Below are positions 24,201 through 35,500 of a stretch of DNA of 64,000 nt, piece after piece. How positions within the stretch are numbered: the first letter of the stretch is position 1; each line of letters opens with the position of its first letter. Source of the DNA: Bugula neritina (taxonomy: Eukaryota; Animalia; Bryozoa); the NCBI GenBank assembly GCA_964035545.1, contig OZ037767.1, forward strand, positions 20,414,628 through 20,478,627. Direction: 5' to 3'. A model generated the notes under the pieces. That model was not told the origin of the DNA. It made no database searches and worked only from the letters and a program-made list of their open reading frames with translations. Made by a program: the position numbers and the translations under genes.

Positions 24201-27200
24201 ACAACTCCTATCCATTACCTACACACAACTCCTATCTATTAGTTACACGCAACTCCGTAGTTGGTTGATATCAAGGGAACTGTTTTAGTTTAATGTTACG
24301 CGGGAATTCTTGTTGAATTTTTCAAACTTCTAAAGGTCTTCACATAATAATGGCAGACCAATTTAGGCACCTGCATTTTCAAAATGGATTTAGTGGTGAC
24401 AGGGAACTGCTGGTTTTTTCTGAAATATCTCAACGTTTTATACTCACCACTCTTTCAATGTATACATATTTTCCTGTGGCGTAAAGAAGACTTTATTTAA
24501 ATCTACAAAAAACAGTAGCTGTATATGGAGCACCGTAATCTTGTACCTCCAGCTAATATGAATGCGTATCACCAGAGTATAACAGCCAATGAGCCATATT
24601 GTGAAAGAGTATTGTGAGAGCGTATCTTGCACTATTAGTATCCGTAGGTTTTAAGGCAGGTTGCAATCTGATAGATGACTGAACAGGTCGTATGTGGACT
24701 GTTTCACTTACTTGACTTCATTCATGGTCACTGGAGAATGTCAAATAGCTAGAGACTTGTGTGTGTAACTTAACTTGAGGGCTAATAATGTGTTATATGT
24801 GTTTGTTTAACTCTTTGAGTCACTCAAAATGCTAATATTATATTTTGGAAGTATATTTATAGACCAAATCTGAATTGTTAATCTAACATGTTTGTACGTA
24901 ACCATTCCTGGTGTGGATTTGGCATTGTTTATAGTATTTTGCATGTAAGCTATTTTTGTGTAGGATTTCAACGGATTGCTGCAAACAGGAAACACTGGTT
25001 CCGTGAACAAAGTGTTGATCAACCTGGACAGGTTTCTGCAGCAGAAAGGGACCAAGTTCTTGTTGAAAGACACATTCACCTATGCTGACTGCCAATTGCT
25101 GCCTAAACTTCAACACCTCAGAGTGGCTGCTAAGGTAACACTTTGCTGGTCGATTTGTTTATCAACTCTCTTGATTATGTGCTAGTTCTTACATCACCTG
25201 TTAGAGGAGGGTACAGGTAAGGGGAGGGCAGAGGTGAGGGGAGGGCACGAACTGTTGGTTCAGCTGCGTGACGATCTCCAGGTAGTTCTAACTCCTTTAG
25301 GAAAGGTTGTGGTCATCTGGTTTTTGGTAGACGGCCCTAAGTTAGACTAGAATCAAGAGGCATGCATGTTATACAGTATAATTCTGAATTGACTACAAAG
25401 TTGGAAGACAGCTAGCAATTCTGCTACTCATAGCTATCTGAAGGGGGTGTTGGCATACTCATTGAGAACGTATATGCGAGTTCGCTTATCTCAGCCCCCT
25501 GATAGCAACGACTATATTTGCATTGCTATCAGCACTTAATTTGTTTGCTAAAGGTAGTCAAAGTTTAGAGAACAACTTGACCAGCTGATAAGCCAGCCGG
25601 TGAGTGACTTCAGCAGCTGTCATGGCAGTCGAGTGCCAACGCCCCAATCCTAACCTCATGCATACTCAGCATCTATACTCTGTACTCTACTTGCATATAT
25701 CTAGTTTAGTGTAGCCCCAGTACTATAACACAGTTCAGTAGTATATAAGATGCAATGATACTTATGCTAGGTGACTCATAACTCAGTAATAGACTTGTGG
25801 TATAATAAACAGTAACACTAGCTTGACTCAGTAGTATGGTATGTCGGCATCGCTATGACTGCATGTAACCAACATTCCAGACGCGTTGTATGGATGCTTT
25901 GGAAACCATAGTTTCAGTCCTACACAGCCAGTCACGATCAGAATGAATTCATTTGTTCAGACAAATTTTTGTTGCAAAGATTGTAAATTGAACTGTTGCT
26001 GCTCTATTTATTGATCCTAATTTATGTACTAAGAGTAAACAGCTAGTAGTAAGTAACTAGTAGTAAGTAACTAGTAGTAAGTAACTAGTAGTAAGTAACT
26101 AGTAGTAAGTACCTAGTAGTAAGTAACTAGTAGTAAGTAACTAGTAGTAAGTACCTAGTAGTAAGTAACTAGTAGTAAGTACCTAGTAGTAAGTAACTAG
26201 TAGTAAGTAACTAGTAGTAAGTAACTAGTAGTAAGTAACTAGTAGTAAGTACCTAGTAGTAAGTAACTAGTAGTAAGTACCTAGTAGTAAGTAACTAGTA
26301 GTAAGTAACTAGTGGTAAGTAACTAGTGGTAAGTAACTAGTGGTAAGTAACTAGTGGTAAGTAACTAGTAGTAAGTACCTAGTAGTAAGTAACTAGTAGT
26401 AAGTAACTAGTAGTAAGTAACTAGTAGTAAGTACCTAGTAGTAAGTAACTAGTAGTAAGTAACTAGTAGTAAGTACCTAGTAGTAAATAACTAGTAGTAG
26501 GTAACTAATAGTAAGTAATTGGTAGTAAATTAATAGTAGTAAGTAGCTAGTAGTAAGTAGCTAGTAGTAAGTAGCTAGTAGTAAGTAGCTAGTAGTAAGT
26601 AGCTAGTAGTAAGTAGCTAGTAGTAAGTAGCTAGTAGTAAGTAGCTAGTAGTAAGTAGCTAGTAGTAAGTAGCTAGTAGTAAGTAACTAGTAGTAAGTAG
26701 CTAGTAGTAAGTAGCTAGTAGTAAGTAGCTAGTAGTAAGTAGCTAGTAGTAAGTAGCTAGTAGTAAGTAGCTAGTAGTAAGTAGCTAGTAGTAAGTAGCT
26801 AGTAGTAAGTAGCTAGTAGTAAGTAGCTAGTAGTAAGTAACTAGTAGTAAGTAGCTAGTAGTAAGTAGCTAGTAGTAAGTAGCTAGTAGTAAGTAGCTAG
26901 TGGTAAGTAGCTAGTGGTAAGTAGCTAGTGGTAAGTACCTAGTGGTAAGTAGCTAGTGGTAAGTAGCTAGTAGTAAGTAGCTAGTAGTAAGTAGCTAGTA
27001 GTAAGTAGCTAGTAGTAAGTAGCTAGTAGTAAGTAGCTAGTAGTAAGTAGCTAGTAGTAAGTAACTAGTAGTAAGTAGCTAGTAGTAAGTAGCTAGTAGT
27101 AAGTAGCTAGTAGTAAGTAGCTAGTAGTAAGTAGCTAGTAGTAAGTAGCTAGTAGTAAGTAACTAGTAGTAAGTAACTAGTGGTAAGTAGCTAGTAGTAA

Positions 27201-28234
27201 ATAGCTAGTAGTAAGTAGCTAGTGGTATATAGCTAGTAGTAGGTAGCTAGTAGTATATAGCTAGTTGGTAATTTGTAGTCCTTGTAAGTTGTATCTGACA
27301 CACTTTGTATGAAATAATCCCAACTTTTAAAACCAGTTATAAATCTTGGATGACAGTGCAACTCCAAAGCTGAGGTCCATGTTTTACAGAGTTTATCTTC
27401 ACAGTAACTTAACTATGACTTGTATTTATTACTAATGTTGTTGTCTCCCCATGTAGTGTTTTCCTGCTTGTAGTTCTACCGAGACTATGAAATCAGCCCG
27501 TCTCTAACTTCAGTGTGGAAATACCTTCAGAACTGTTACCAAACCGAAGTGTTTCAGAAGTCAGTGCCCTGTGACCAGGACATCATAAAGCACTACGAGA
27601 TGAAGGTACCCCCCCCCCCCTCCCCGTAGCATAGTACCATAGTAACTAGTACTGACACTAGGTCATTGAAGACATTTGATATAATGGTGTTCACACAGTG
27701 ACTTCAGTTATTTCTGCTAACATCTGTATAACATATGATGAGGTTGTTATATGAATAGACTTGCATAGTAATTTGCACTGGTTCACACCAGTTTTTGGCC
27801 AACATGGCTTTCAGTCAGAATAATTGGCTTCTCAAGCAGGAAACAACATCAGTTTCGAAAAAAATTGAGTCTCAATAAGCAGCGTGTAGTTTTCAATGCA
27901 GATCACATAATTATTCTGCTTTTAAAATCTTGTAGTGCTAGTATTTTTCATAAGAAAATATGCCACTTTATATTGTTTGCATTCTCAAAATCAAATGTAT
28001 CGCACTATAAAGAGTTATCTTTCTTCTGCATAATATAATGTAGGTTTATCTTTAGCATAATGAGTTTGATTTACTTTGAGAGTTAATAAATGTTATATTG
28101 AAATATTATAATATTTTCAGGTGCCAGGAGTAAAGCCAACTGGCAGTCGTAACCCTAACCTGATGAAAGAGACTGTGACACTGGACATTCCAGAAGAAGC
28201 AGCTAGCTCATTCACCGGAGCATCAGCCAATTAA
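18213..28234 (+). CDS. CLIC: Chloride intracellular channel (CLIC/EXC-4 family, GST fold), about 270 aa, 6 exons
   Basis: Exons 18213-18263, 20535-20724, 20933-21087, 24964-25134, 27474-27605, 28121-28234 splice in frame. Motifs VELFIKASSIDKERKGSCPMCHQWFM, FLLKDTFTYADCQLLPKLQHLRVAAK and VWKYLQNCYQTEVFQKSVPCDQDIIKHY are CLIC hallmarks. Confidence 0.93.
18264..18790. repeat. Degenerate (TAATAC/TAATAG)n hexamer tract starting at the CLIC intron 1 donor
   Basis: aag|gtaatactaatag followed by 6-periodic low-complexity sequence. Confidence 0.8.
21092..24256. repeat. 24-bp minisatellite (ctattacctacatacaactcctat), about 131 copies, starting 4 nt after the CLIC intron 3 donor
   Basis: Tandem units read directly. 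Variant units recur 504 bp apart (22261/22765 and 22501/23005), indicating a higher-order duplication. Confidence 0.97.
26040..27263. repeat. 14-bp minisatellite (a[a/g/c]ctagtagtaagt), about 87 copies, CLIC intron 4
   Basis: Tandem units; aac/acc variants dominate the 5' half and agc the 3' half. Confidence 0.95.
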
Positions 28235-29159
28235 GTGCGCATCTCCAGTCAACGAAAAAAGCAATGAGCAGTTTTTTTTATAATTATTTCCTAAGAAAAG
28301 ATGGTGTTACTGCCAGAGTATGCCATGCAGTAAATTAGCAGTCACTTGCAGTATAATGAGAGCTTCTGGTGACAACTGTCAACAAGTGTCTTTTTTTGGC
28401 ATGTCATAGCATTTATTGAACAAGTAATTATTGAAATTCCTGCATTTTCCCAGCAGCCTATGTATGTATATACTAGTTGTATTTATATGAATTAGGATGC
28501 TGTTAGCATAACAAGCCTTTACTGTTAGTTAAACTTTAATTTTGTTTCCTGTCAAATAGCGCTCTATGATTATTTTGGTGCCTCAAGTTTCTTTGGTGTC
28601 ATTCTATGTATCCCAGTTTATCAGAACTCGGGCCATGGTGTAGTAATCAGTTTATGCTGAAAATCTGAGGCTATTGGTAACTCAGTTAGACTAAGGTCTT
28701 AGAATGACACTGATGTAACCTTGAGTTAGTATATCAATTCACACGTTACTGTACTACTAGTACTACTGAGCTACAAACCTGTAGATTCCATAAGCAATTG
28801 TCAGCTCATATTTTGCTTAGTTACCATAATAAAACAATATCTCTAATTAAGTATTTTATTGTTGATATTATGTTATGTATCTGGAAGCAGTTACATTACT
28901 TGTTAATATAATTATGACATAAAGTTGGATCGTTCAGCATAAAATTGGACGGAGTTATTGAAAAAATATAAAGCATATATGATAAAGTTGCGCTACAGGC
29001 TGGGCTGAAAGATGGCACTCTTTCAATTTACAAAGTCACAAATCTAAATTTCTGAGTTTACATCAACAGCTAAGAAAGCCCATTTTTTCTAAGTCAAGCC
29101 ATTGGAATGTTTACTTGGATCCCTATATACTAGAATGTTAGCAGATACAGAGTGTTGCA

Positions 29160-30149
29160 TCATTTCCCTTTCTCTTTGAAATAATCAGCTGCAAAATACA
29201 GACTCCTCTGTGACTTTAAAACATCAACAGAGGAATATAAATATAATAATAACTGCAGTCAGAGAGACTTACCTAACCGTTCCACTGCCTCCACGCACAC
29301 ACTGGGATACATACTGGCTGTATATGTAGCTGCCACTACTAAACTCTGAGTCCTAACCAGTATTAATCCTTTCTCACCCTAAATCAGAGTAGACTGTGTT
29401 AGATGGAGAAGTTTGGGGTGAGCAGAGCAATAAGGGAGCAGATTATAATGCAAGGCGGTGCACTTCATTGTCTATAGAAATTAACATCATTATTCTCAAC
29501 ATTGGGCAAAAACTAACTGCAGCCTATGTATGGGAGTTGTGCCATCTTCTGCCAACTGCTGAATTAAAATGCACTGTTCCTACTAGTAAACTCATTCAGT
29601 TAGAAATATTGCTTTCCTAATACAAGAGCTGTGTAAAACTCACACACTTGGCATATATTGAACCCTTATCTGATCTGACACATTTGTACTGACTGTCATC
29701 ATAATAGATTCCTTCTTCCCTAGTCGCCGCAGGATTTTTAAATGTGTTCACCATCATCTGCGTTTGATCGCTGGTTAACTAAAACATGAAATATTATCAT
29801 AAAGATGTCCCTACAAAAATTGCTGGGCATGAAGAACAGCATTACTTGAGATAGAGTTATGTGTTTATGAATATTATTACCCTGAAATATACAAGAAAAT
29901 GTAAAATTCTGATAATCATCTTAGGTAGACAATTTTATAAAACTTTTTTAAACCACAAAATATAAAGGAATACAAATCAAATTTCAACAACATCAAGCTA
30001 TAAAAACTAAAATTCATAACTTTGTTCCCAACCTGAAAGCCAACAGAGCTGGCACGGATTGCACCGTCCTTTCTTCTCAAGATGGCGCATTGGGAGACAT
30101 GACCGGTTCCTATAAGAGCGTCATGAATCAGACTCTGTAACTGATTCAT
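29160..30149 (-). CDS. PFN4: Profilin-4-like protein, 128 aa, 4 coding exons
   Basis: Exons 30149-30033, 29778-29644, 29378-29273, 29188-29160. MNQLQSLIHDALIGTGHV...REEGIYYDDSQYKCVRSDKGSIYAK...[28 protein letters not shown] closely resembles vertebrate PFN4. Confidence 0.92.
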
Positions 30150-31134
30150 CTTCACCTCGTCCTGTGGGCAAAGTATGTCCACAGTATGTCAGCAAAATAA
30201 TACACCATGCAAAACTAGTGGCTCAATAACATTTATTTCTGACCATCACTTTGCCACTAAGTTACTGTTTCAACAAATGAGCCTAAGTTATCATCTAATG
30301 TATCTACCCAGTAAATATTTATCAGCTTATTTTATAAAAATAATTAGATGATCAATGTGGTAGTTTAGTGATAACAAAAATATTCAAAATTTGGTATCTT
30401 AAATGCCTAAAATAAAAACTAAGGAGACATAACTGTGACATATAAAATATGAATGAATCATAGCAAGCTTAAAATTATTTAATTGTTCTTTCTAAAAAGT
30501 CACATAATTATCAAGAAGCCAGCAAAGCAGATTTTACTTGGGAACTCCATTAAATTTCGTTTTGAAATAACTTAAGCAATTTTAATAGTTTTTGCTAATA
30601 ACATTCACATAATCTAGCTATAAATTAATCTGTAGCATAGTTGAGTGGTTAACAAATAAAAGCTGTTGCTAAAAACTACATAAAAAATGTTAAATCATCA
30701 GAAGGGGTTAGAGAAGCAAGAGCTCCACGCAAAGAGCACAAAGATAGAAACATTTAGTGCAGGAAATAAAGCAATAGGTAAATAGAGTGCAATATTGCAG
30801 AAGCTTGCAGCTGTTAAGAAAATTTCTTACATAAACATTTAAAAATAAATTAGACAATCAATTTGGCATTTATCATTGTGCATATTTGCTATTTAGTTAC
30901 TAGATGATAGGTGCATTTTATAAAAGTTGACAAATTGAAAAGAAGAGTGAATTGTGCTGCAAAAGGACCACACAAAGGTATACCATACCGGGATCCCACG
31001 AACTTGAAAGTGGGGATCCTTATCAATGCTAAGATCTGCCATTCTAAAAAACCAACTACTCTAAATAAAGCAATTTTTGGTGATTATTGTTGTAGATTCG
31101 CACAAATATACCCTGTCCTTGTTTTATTTTAGAG

Positions 31135-31341
31135 TTATATTCCCTTGCGCACGTTCCTTTTTTTTTTGTTATTATTATTATATGTAAGCCGAGACTCGTG
31201 CGAGGTCGGAGCCCGAAGACGCGATATCGGAGGGGCCTGCCCGAGATCGGGCAGGTCTTCCTCCGATGTCGGTCGGCGGAACTCCGACGTTCGCACGAGT
31301 TTCGGTCCCTCATTAAGTGGCGGGAATTTCCCCCTATATAA
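31135..31341. mobile_element. Putative non-autonomous element (Helentron/HINE- or MITE-like) carrying a 117-nt GC-rich hairpin
   Basis: Abrupt GC-rich island in AT-rich DNA. Short subterminal inverted motif attccc/gggaat, an (att)n microsatellite near the left end, and a nested palindrome at 31189-31305. The family assignment is inference. Confidence 0.45.
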
Positions 31342-32411
31342 GTACGAAGTTTTTAACAGAGCAATCATTCTTATGCTGGAGCTCGGAACAGTCAGAAGAA
31401 ATAAATACTCATATATTCACTTGAATCAAGACTCTTTATTTTCATCACAATAACTGGCATGCAGACTACTAGTCTATTCTGATAATCCACAAAATCACAA
31501 CATTATTGCTAAATTGTGAGCAAAAATTAATTTAATAAATAGTCAGTCAAACCTTTAAGAGGTTATGCTAAACTAAACTGCTGTTAACATAATCAATATA
31601 GTCATCAAAATTTTACTTAAAATTATTGTTTTAAAACATAGGGACTTTTATTTTTGTGTTTTTGTCTCAGTAGTGAGTACTGGCATTCAGCAATGTTATA
31701 TTAAAGAAATTTTCTAACAGAAACAACCTCAGTAAACTTCAAAGTTTAGCATAATCAGTGTTGCTGTTAGCATAAACACAACTATGCTAAAACCATTGTT
31801 ACACTGTCACTCACGTTTAAACTGATGATTAATTTATTTAATAAATTTATTAAATAATAAATGTAAACAGACACACTCACAGCGAGAGTGACAATAAAAC
31901 AAATTGCTCTCACTATGTAAGTTTGTTTGAGATTTTGTAATTGCAGTGTGATCAGTAGTGTCGTTAATTACTGAGTTTTAGTCCTAATTATTCAATTTCG
32001 TATTCATTTTGATATTCATAAATTAAAATAATGCTTGAACTTGAAGCTTAATAAATCATTAATTTAGATCAACATGATAAGTTTTTAAATTTAATCAACA
32101 GCAATACTACAGTTCTGAGTAATTTACGATCATAACCAATAGAAATACTGCAAATAAACAAATTAACTGTCAGTAATGACAAACAGTGTCTTAAACTTAG
32201 CATTTTTGAATTAATATCTGTCAATTTAAACTAATCAAAGGTTTAAACTCGTAACTCGTCTAATCCGGATATTGTGGAAATATGACCATGACCTAGCTAA
32301 AAATAATTTTTCAACTTTTGCACCGTTGATCACTTTTGAAATTGCGTGATGTTGGTAGACATGCGCCCGGTGTTGTATGTAGAGTACTTTTCAGTTTACC
32401 TCTAAAGGTTA

Positions 32412-32425
32412 ACATCCTTAGCAAC
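32412..32425. promoter_or_regulatory. RFX X-box-like motif (acatCCTTAGCAAC) upstream of the FAM228-like ATG, in the probable PFN4/FAM228 bidirectional promoter
   Basis: Good right half-site and weak left half-site, 112 nt before the ATG, in a locally CpG-richer patch. Confidence 0.4.
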
Positions 32426-32536
32426 CATTAAACGTCGCCGAGGCTTGTATCTGCAGTAATTATGTATAATTATAATAGTAAGCTATCTTGTTAGTCTATT
32501 GACACAATATCGATTTATTTGTTATTTGATAAGAAA

Positions 32537-35500
32537 ATGACTTCATTGCTCTGCGTTCAAGAACCTGGAGGTTTTGTTGAGTACAATCACAAAGAGTATT
32601 CTGATGTTATACTAAACGACAGTTCTAATCATGGTGTCTTTGCACAGGTGAGATGCCAAACATGAAATAACTTATAAATGATTAAATATAAGCTCAATCT
32701 TCCCTCTTTTTATAAGCCAGCAATACCATAGCAATATGGCAAAAGATTGCAAAGCACAGGCAAAGCATAAGATGTTAATTTTTAGGGTAAAAAAATAAGC
32801 TAGTGCCTAGTGATTAAAATCATGTAAATGATCATAATATTTGCATGGTGGTGATGATGATGTTCAAAATGAATTTTAGTATTTCCCTGACGATAAAGTT
32901 AGGCCAAGATTTCATTCAAGAAGACCTTTTTCAACTCCTAATCCTCACATAGTGCAAGATAATTTTGACAAAAAGGAACTCATAGGACATAGCATGAATC
33001 TTCAAGCATGGCTCAACACCAAATCAGTGTCGATGATTCAAGTGAGTTACACGGAGTATTAAATAAAAGTACTTTTAGCTGCTGCAGCAGGCAAGACATT
33101 GTTGGAAATTGTTTTTAACTTTGTACAACAAATTGACCACCATTTATCAATAATTATTATTTAAAGAATTATATCTGTTTGATTTAAGTTAATTTTTACA
33201 AAGCAAATACAATGAAAAGCAAAATAGCATGAAAAATTAAAGCAAACCACAAGAAACAACATTTAAGGAACACAAATGTGCATGTAGCAATCTATTAACT
33301 GCACAGTGTCATTATATTATAAGCAATATTGTGCATATAAATACAAAAATCAATATCTGCATTGAATTATATTCTTAAAAGCAAGATAAATCGTCCAATA
33401 ACCTTGAAAAGTGGCTAAGTAGATATATTGACTGGGTATATTGATTGTTAGCAAACATGTTCAATAAAACATACTGAAGTCATTAACCACTGTTTACATT
33501 TGCCTCTGTTTACATTCATCACTGTATGTGCTAAGAGAAAACCTGTTGCTAGGCTGTCATCAGTTCAGTGTTTAGGTTAGCGATTAGTAGACTGCAGTCT
33601 CACTTCAAGTTAGTAATTAATCTAACTTTTAGTGCATCAAGTGCAAGTCAACCTGACAATAGTGAAAATAGATTCAGTTATCAAAAGAATATTGTTTTTA
33701 AATTGAATTTGTAAAATAATCATGGAAATGAAATTTGGGCCACCGCCTATTGGTCGTATGACTACGGTGGCACAGAGCCTGCCTCAAAGTGTGACGCCTT
33801 TGCAATGGAGAGTCAACAATAAATTAGCTGTAAGTATTTTTAAAGAACATTATTGAGTTTCCATTTGGAGTTATTCTGTTAACATCAGAGCAGTCTTCAA
33901 GTGATCAGCAACCTATATAAGATTCTACGTAACTCTTGCCTAATCTCACCTATTTTTATTCAGCATAAAGGTTTTTAAAACTACTGATACGTGTTGAAAC
34001 AGAATGCTCTGTGAAAACATTAAGTTAGGAGCTGTAAAACACAGAAGGATAATTTCATAAACATATACATATATTATGTATCAAACATTTGCAAGATTCT
34101 ACACAGAATATGTCGCACATTTTATTATAATAGTCTGGGTTGTTTGAAAATGTTATTTTAATTATTATATAGAAGCATGCATAGGTCAACAGTCTAGTAA
34201 ACAATGTAAACAGATTTAACTTTTGACAGCAGACATAATATGCAAAATATATATCAGCAAGGATCTCACATAAACTGAGCCGTTTATACCTTTAAATTAA
34301 AAAAAATAATATATTTCCGTTGTTTTAATATGACATGAATTATTAGCTGAACTATTGAGCAACTGCATAAAAGATACAAGCTACATATTATAAAAGTAGA
34401 AATAGTTTTGTCTGCAGTGAGTTTATATTATTGTAAGACGGGCATTTTTTTAATATCCAGTGTGAGCTAGCCTAACACTTCACAGAAGTGTCACTAGAGG
34501 TCTATGAACTGTGCTGTACAAGACTTATACTTGTATATCATATCTTAGCAAAGCAACTAGCATAATTATGTTGCATGTATATTATTATATTTATTATGGT
34601 ATATATAAAGGAAAGAAGTGATTTAGAATCGCGCCCTGTTAAGCAGATGTATGGAGCAGTTCTACAAAGAGAAGAAACCTTGGTGAAGGTGAGTTAAGCT
34701 ATATGACAGGTGTGACATTTCAGAGCAAGTGACCTCGAGAGTACTTGATGACAGTTGTCACATTAGGGCTGTGTAATAAGCCATGGCATGAATGACGTTA
34801 TATAAAATGATATTGTATATTAAAACAGAATTGCACCAGTAAAATGCCAATGAATGAGTTATAGAATATTTTGACTTGCAATTATGGAGAAAAGAATGTT
34901 TTAAAAAATCTTGTTTAAATATATAATCTTAAAACTTATAAAATTTATCGGCTGCTACTCTCAGTATAATCAGTTAAACATATCATTATGAACTAAAAGT
35001 ATCAGTTACCAGTGTCAGTATTAATTACTAATATATTCATTTCCATACAGGATCTCCAGGATTACGTAGACAACCATCAGTATCTTGAAGAAAGAAAAAA
35101 AGAGATCCTTCATAAAAACTGGAATGAGCGAGTGTATGAGCCAATTAGAAGTGCTGTTATAAACGAAATGGAAAGTGATAACTACACAAACTACAAGAAT
35201 AGGAAAGATCAGTTGTACAGAGAATATATTGAACATGTCAACAAAAAGGTAGGTATTAAAAATCAAATACAATATTGATAATTGACCAGCATGTTTCACA
35301 TGAATAATTAAACTAGAAAGAGTATGACCAGTACTTTGTAAACATTGATGGTATCTTCCAGATTTTCTTGCTGATTTATTATTTATTATTGTTGAATGAA
35401 TGCATATCTCTGGTTACCTGGACATATAAATTAGTCATGTATAGCACAAATGAAGAGATAACTCCTAAAGTGAGAAGTAATTTTAGCATGAATCGTAGAA

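Noticed and set aside
20833-24288. 1151-aa ORF (and the overlapping 590-aa ORF) as a real repeat protein
   Set aside because: It is CLIC exon 3 read through the donor into a stop-free 24-bp minisatellite; the CLIC frame resumes correctly at 24964.
8386-27263. Tandem arrays as CRISPR arrays
   Set aside because: Units are head-to-tail with no unique spacers, there are no cas genes, and the context is eukaryotic introns.
31056-31453. Three overlapping ORFs over the GC-rich island
   Set aside because: They are explained by the GC-rich palindrome lacking stop codons; there are no supporting splice signals or recognisable domain.
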